A stretch of DNA of 64,000 bases from Clostridia bacterium (GTDB taxonomy: Bacteria > Bacillota > Clostridia > Christensenellales > CAG-138). The notes under the pieces were generated by a model that saw nothing but the letters and a program-made list of their open reading frames with translations, was not told where the DNA came from and did not search any database. The stretch covers positions 15,462-79,461 of the forward strand of contig JAVBWI010000006.1 of the NCBI GenBank assembly GCA_036677445.1, read 5' to 3'. This document shows, piece after piece, positions 62,381 through 64,000 of the stretch. A program made the translations under genes and the position numbers. Position 1 is the first letter of the stretch. Every line of letters begins with the position of its first letter.

Positions 62381-64000
62381 ATGGCGCGGTTTAACGATGC
62401 ATGGATGGAAACGCTGTTAGCTAAAAATGACATCGTTTCAGTGGTTTCCGCCTATGTGCCGCTGCGCGCCAAAGGCCGCAACCTGTGGGGCCTGTGTCCC
62501 TTCCATAACGAAAAGACGCCCTCCTTTTCCGTCTCGCCGGACAAGCAGATGTATTATTGCTTCGGGTGCGGCGCCGGAGGCGGGACCGTACAGTTCGTAA
62601 TGGATATGGAACATCTTCCCTATTCGGAGGCGATCAATTTCCTGGCCCAGCGCGCGGGCATGGAACTGCCGCAGGAAATAGACGATACCGCCATGCAGCT
62701 TGAACGTGCAAAAAGGGAAAGACTATATGCGGCATGTAAAGCCGCGGCGCAGTTTTTCCACGATCAGCTTCTCAGCGAGACGGGCGCGCCGGCAAGGGCG
62801 TATCTGGCAAAACGTGGTTTGAATGCGGCTGTCGTGCAGCAATTTGGCTTGGGGTATGCGCCGAATTCATGGGATGCGCTGATGAACCATCTCAAGGCTG
62901 CCGCCTTCAGGGAAGACGAGCTTCTTGATGCCGGGCTGCTTGTAAAAAACGCCAAAACCGGGCGAGTGTATGATGCATACCGCAACAGGGTAACATTTCC
63001 CATCATAGGCGCCAATGCGCGCGTTTTGGGGTTTGGGGCGCGGGCAATGGGGGATGAGACCCCGAAATACATCAATACCGGGGACACGCTTATTTACAGC
63101 AAGCGGCGCAACCTTTATGCGCTCAACATGCTCAAAGGCGTCAAGACACCGGATATCGTGATGGTAGAAGGGTATATGGACGTGATCAGCCTCTATGCCG
63201 CGGGCGTCCATAACGCCGTCGCTTCACTCGGCACGTCGCTTACGCCCCAGCAGGCACGGCTTTTGAAGCGGTATGTGTCCACCGTCTATATCGCCTACGA
63301 CGGCGACTCGGCCGGACAGAATGCAACGCTTCGTGGTTTGGACATACTATCCGTCGAAGGGCTGAGCGTGCGGGTCATCGTAATCCCCGACGGGTTGGAT
63401 CCTGACGATTTCGTACGCAAGCACGGCAAGGAGGCTTTCGATACCCTGAGGGATAACGCGCTGGCGCTCAATGCCTTCAAGCTCATGCATTTGGCGGATG
63501 GACATGATCTTTCTACTGAGGATGGGCGGCAGGAGTATGCGCTGAAGGGGTGCCGCTTTATTGCAGGCCTGCAGCCGGTGGAGCAGGAACGGTATTATGC
63601 CGTGCTTTCGCGTAAAACGGGTTTTTCTGCCGAAGCATTGAAGGCGCAGGGCGCGCGCATGGATTCCGGGCCGGTCATCCAGCAGCGCAAACTACAGGCG
63701 GCCGACCGGCCGAGGCGCCGGCAGGAATCCGCGCCGAGACAGCGTGCGGAACTGATGCTTTTGCGGGCCATGCTGCACGCGCCGGAGGCGGTACGCGTTG
63801 TGGCCGAAAGTAGCGTGGAGGAGATATTTTCCCACGAAGTATACCGGAGCTTTGCCGCTGAGCTGATGGATGCATATAAACGGCAGGCAAAGCCGGATAT
63901 CGTTCTGCTTCTCAGTACGCTCTCCTCTGAGCAGGCGCAGCAGATGTCGGAGGTATTTGATACCGAGGCAACCGTGGCGGAACCGCTGAAATTTGCGCAG
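62381..64000 (+). CDS. dnaG: DNA primase DnaG, 3' end outside window
   Basis: This gene is not in the ORF track because there is no stop in the window. The frame is open from ATG 62381. Zinc ribbon CPFHNEKTPSFSVSPDKQMYYCFGCGAGG, Toprim EGYMDVI and YDGDSAG are present. Confidence 0.92.
   Translation, partial: MARFNDAWMETLLAKNDIVSVVSAYVPLRAKGRNLWGLCPFHNEKTPSFSVSPDKQMYYCFGCGAGGGTVQFVMDMEHLPYSEAINFLAQRAGMELPQEIDDTAMQLERAKRERLYAACKAAAQFFHDQLLSETGAPARAYLAKRGLNAAVVQQFGLGYAPNSWDALMNHLKAAAFREDELLDAGLLVKNAKTGRVYDAYRNRVTFPIIGANARVLGFGARAMGDETPKYINTGDTLIYSKRRNLYALNMLKGVKTPDIVMVEGYMDVISLYAAGVHNAVASLGTSLTPQQARLLKRYVSTVYIAYDGDSAGQNATLRGLDILSVEGLSVRVIVIPDGLDPDDFVRKHGKEAFDTLRDNALALNAFKLMHLADGHDLSTEDGRQEYALKGCRFIAGLQPVEQERYYAVLSRKTGFSAEALKAQGARMDSGPVIQQRKLQAADRPRRRQESAPRQRAELMLLRAMLHAPEAVRVVAESSVEEIFSHEVYRSFAAELMDAYKRQAKPDIVLLLSTLSSEQAQQMSEVFDTEATVAEPLKFAQ

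Noticed and set aside
1-64000. Search for mobile elements, prophage, defence systems, CRISPR, tRNA and rRNA
   Set aside because: I found no transposase, integrase or recombinase-like ORFs, no terminal inverted repeats apart from the hairpins already listed, no repeat-spacer arrays and no cloverleaf-like segments in the intergenic regions.

Overview
This 64 kb window looks like chromosome from a moderately high-GC, spore-forming Bacillota (Clostridia-like) organism; that assignment is inferred from bofA/yaaL, Bacillus-like flagellar gene order and strong GGAGG ribosome-binding sites. No similarity search was possible, so all family names come from motifs read by eye and from memory.

**Layout**
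- 1-18.5 kb: housekeeping, envelope and sporulation-associated genes. These are ilvE (5' truncated), a repeat-domain surface protein, DUF2461, a PH-domain gene coupled to a large polytopic membrane protein, proA, flavodoxin, yaaL-like, bofA, a two-gene unknown operon, a class A PBP, and a GntR regulator followed by a secreted protein.
- 18.5-57.2 kb: a motility/chemotaxis supercluster.
  - Minus-strand operon: cheC-cheD-cheY-cheA plus an HD-GYP phosphodiesterase.
  - Divergent plus-strand block: a Ca-binding repeat protein, a FliK-like protein, a stand-alone FlhB C-terminal-domain paralog, a Cys/His hydrolase-like protein, then fliD-fliS-(fliT-like)-cheW.
  - Next: an mcp 3' remnant, DUF327/yaaR-cheW-mcp, and cheR-cheB.
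  - Then one long co-directional run: SLT-flgB-flgC-fliE-fliO-fliP-fliQ-fliR-flhB-flhA-flhF-flhG-PilZ-fliA-FapA-(two unknowns)-two rod genes-yvyF-flgM-flgN-flgK-flgL-(YviE-like)-fliW-csrA.
- 57.3-64 kb: VanW, nadE, dgt-like HD hydrolase and dnaG (3' truncated).

I recognised no tRNA, rRNA, CRISPR array, transposase or integrase.

**Most notable observations**
1. A two-copy, about 210-270 nt structured intergenic element (6763-6972 and 34285-34553). It has conserved blocks, a compensatory base-pair change, length variation confined to loops, and its own terminator in each copy. I cannot assign it to a known RNA family.
2. fliE abuts fliO directly. The whole MS-ring, C-ring, ATPase, hook and stator block and the flagellin gene are absent from the window.
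3. A translationally coupled accessory module sits upstream of fliD: Ca-binding protein, FliK-like ruler, free FlhB C-domain and a papain-fold-like hydrolase.
4. There is a tandem cheW(-mcp) duplication in which the first mcp is reduced to a 34-codon 3' remnant.
5. c-di-GMP components (HD-GYP, PilZ) are embedded in the che and fla operons.
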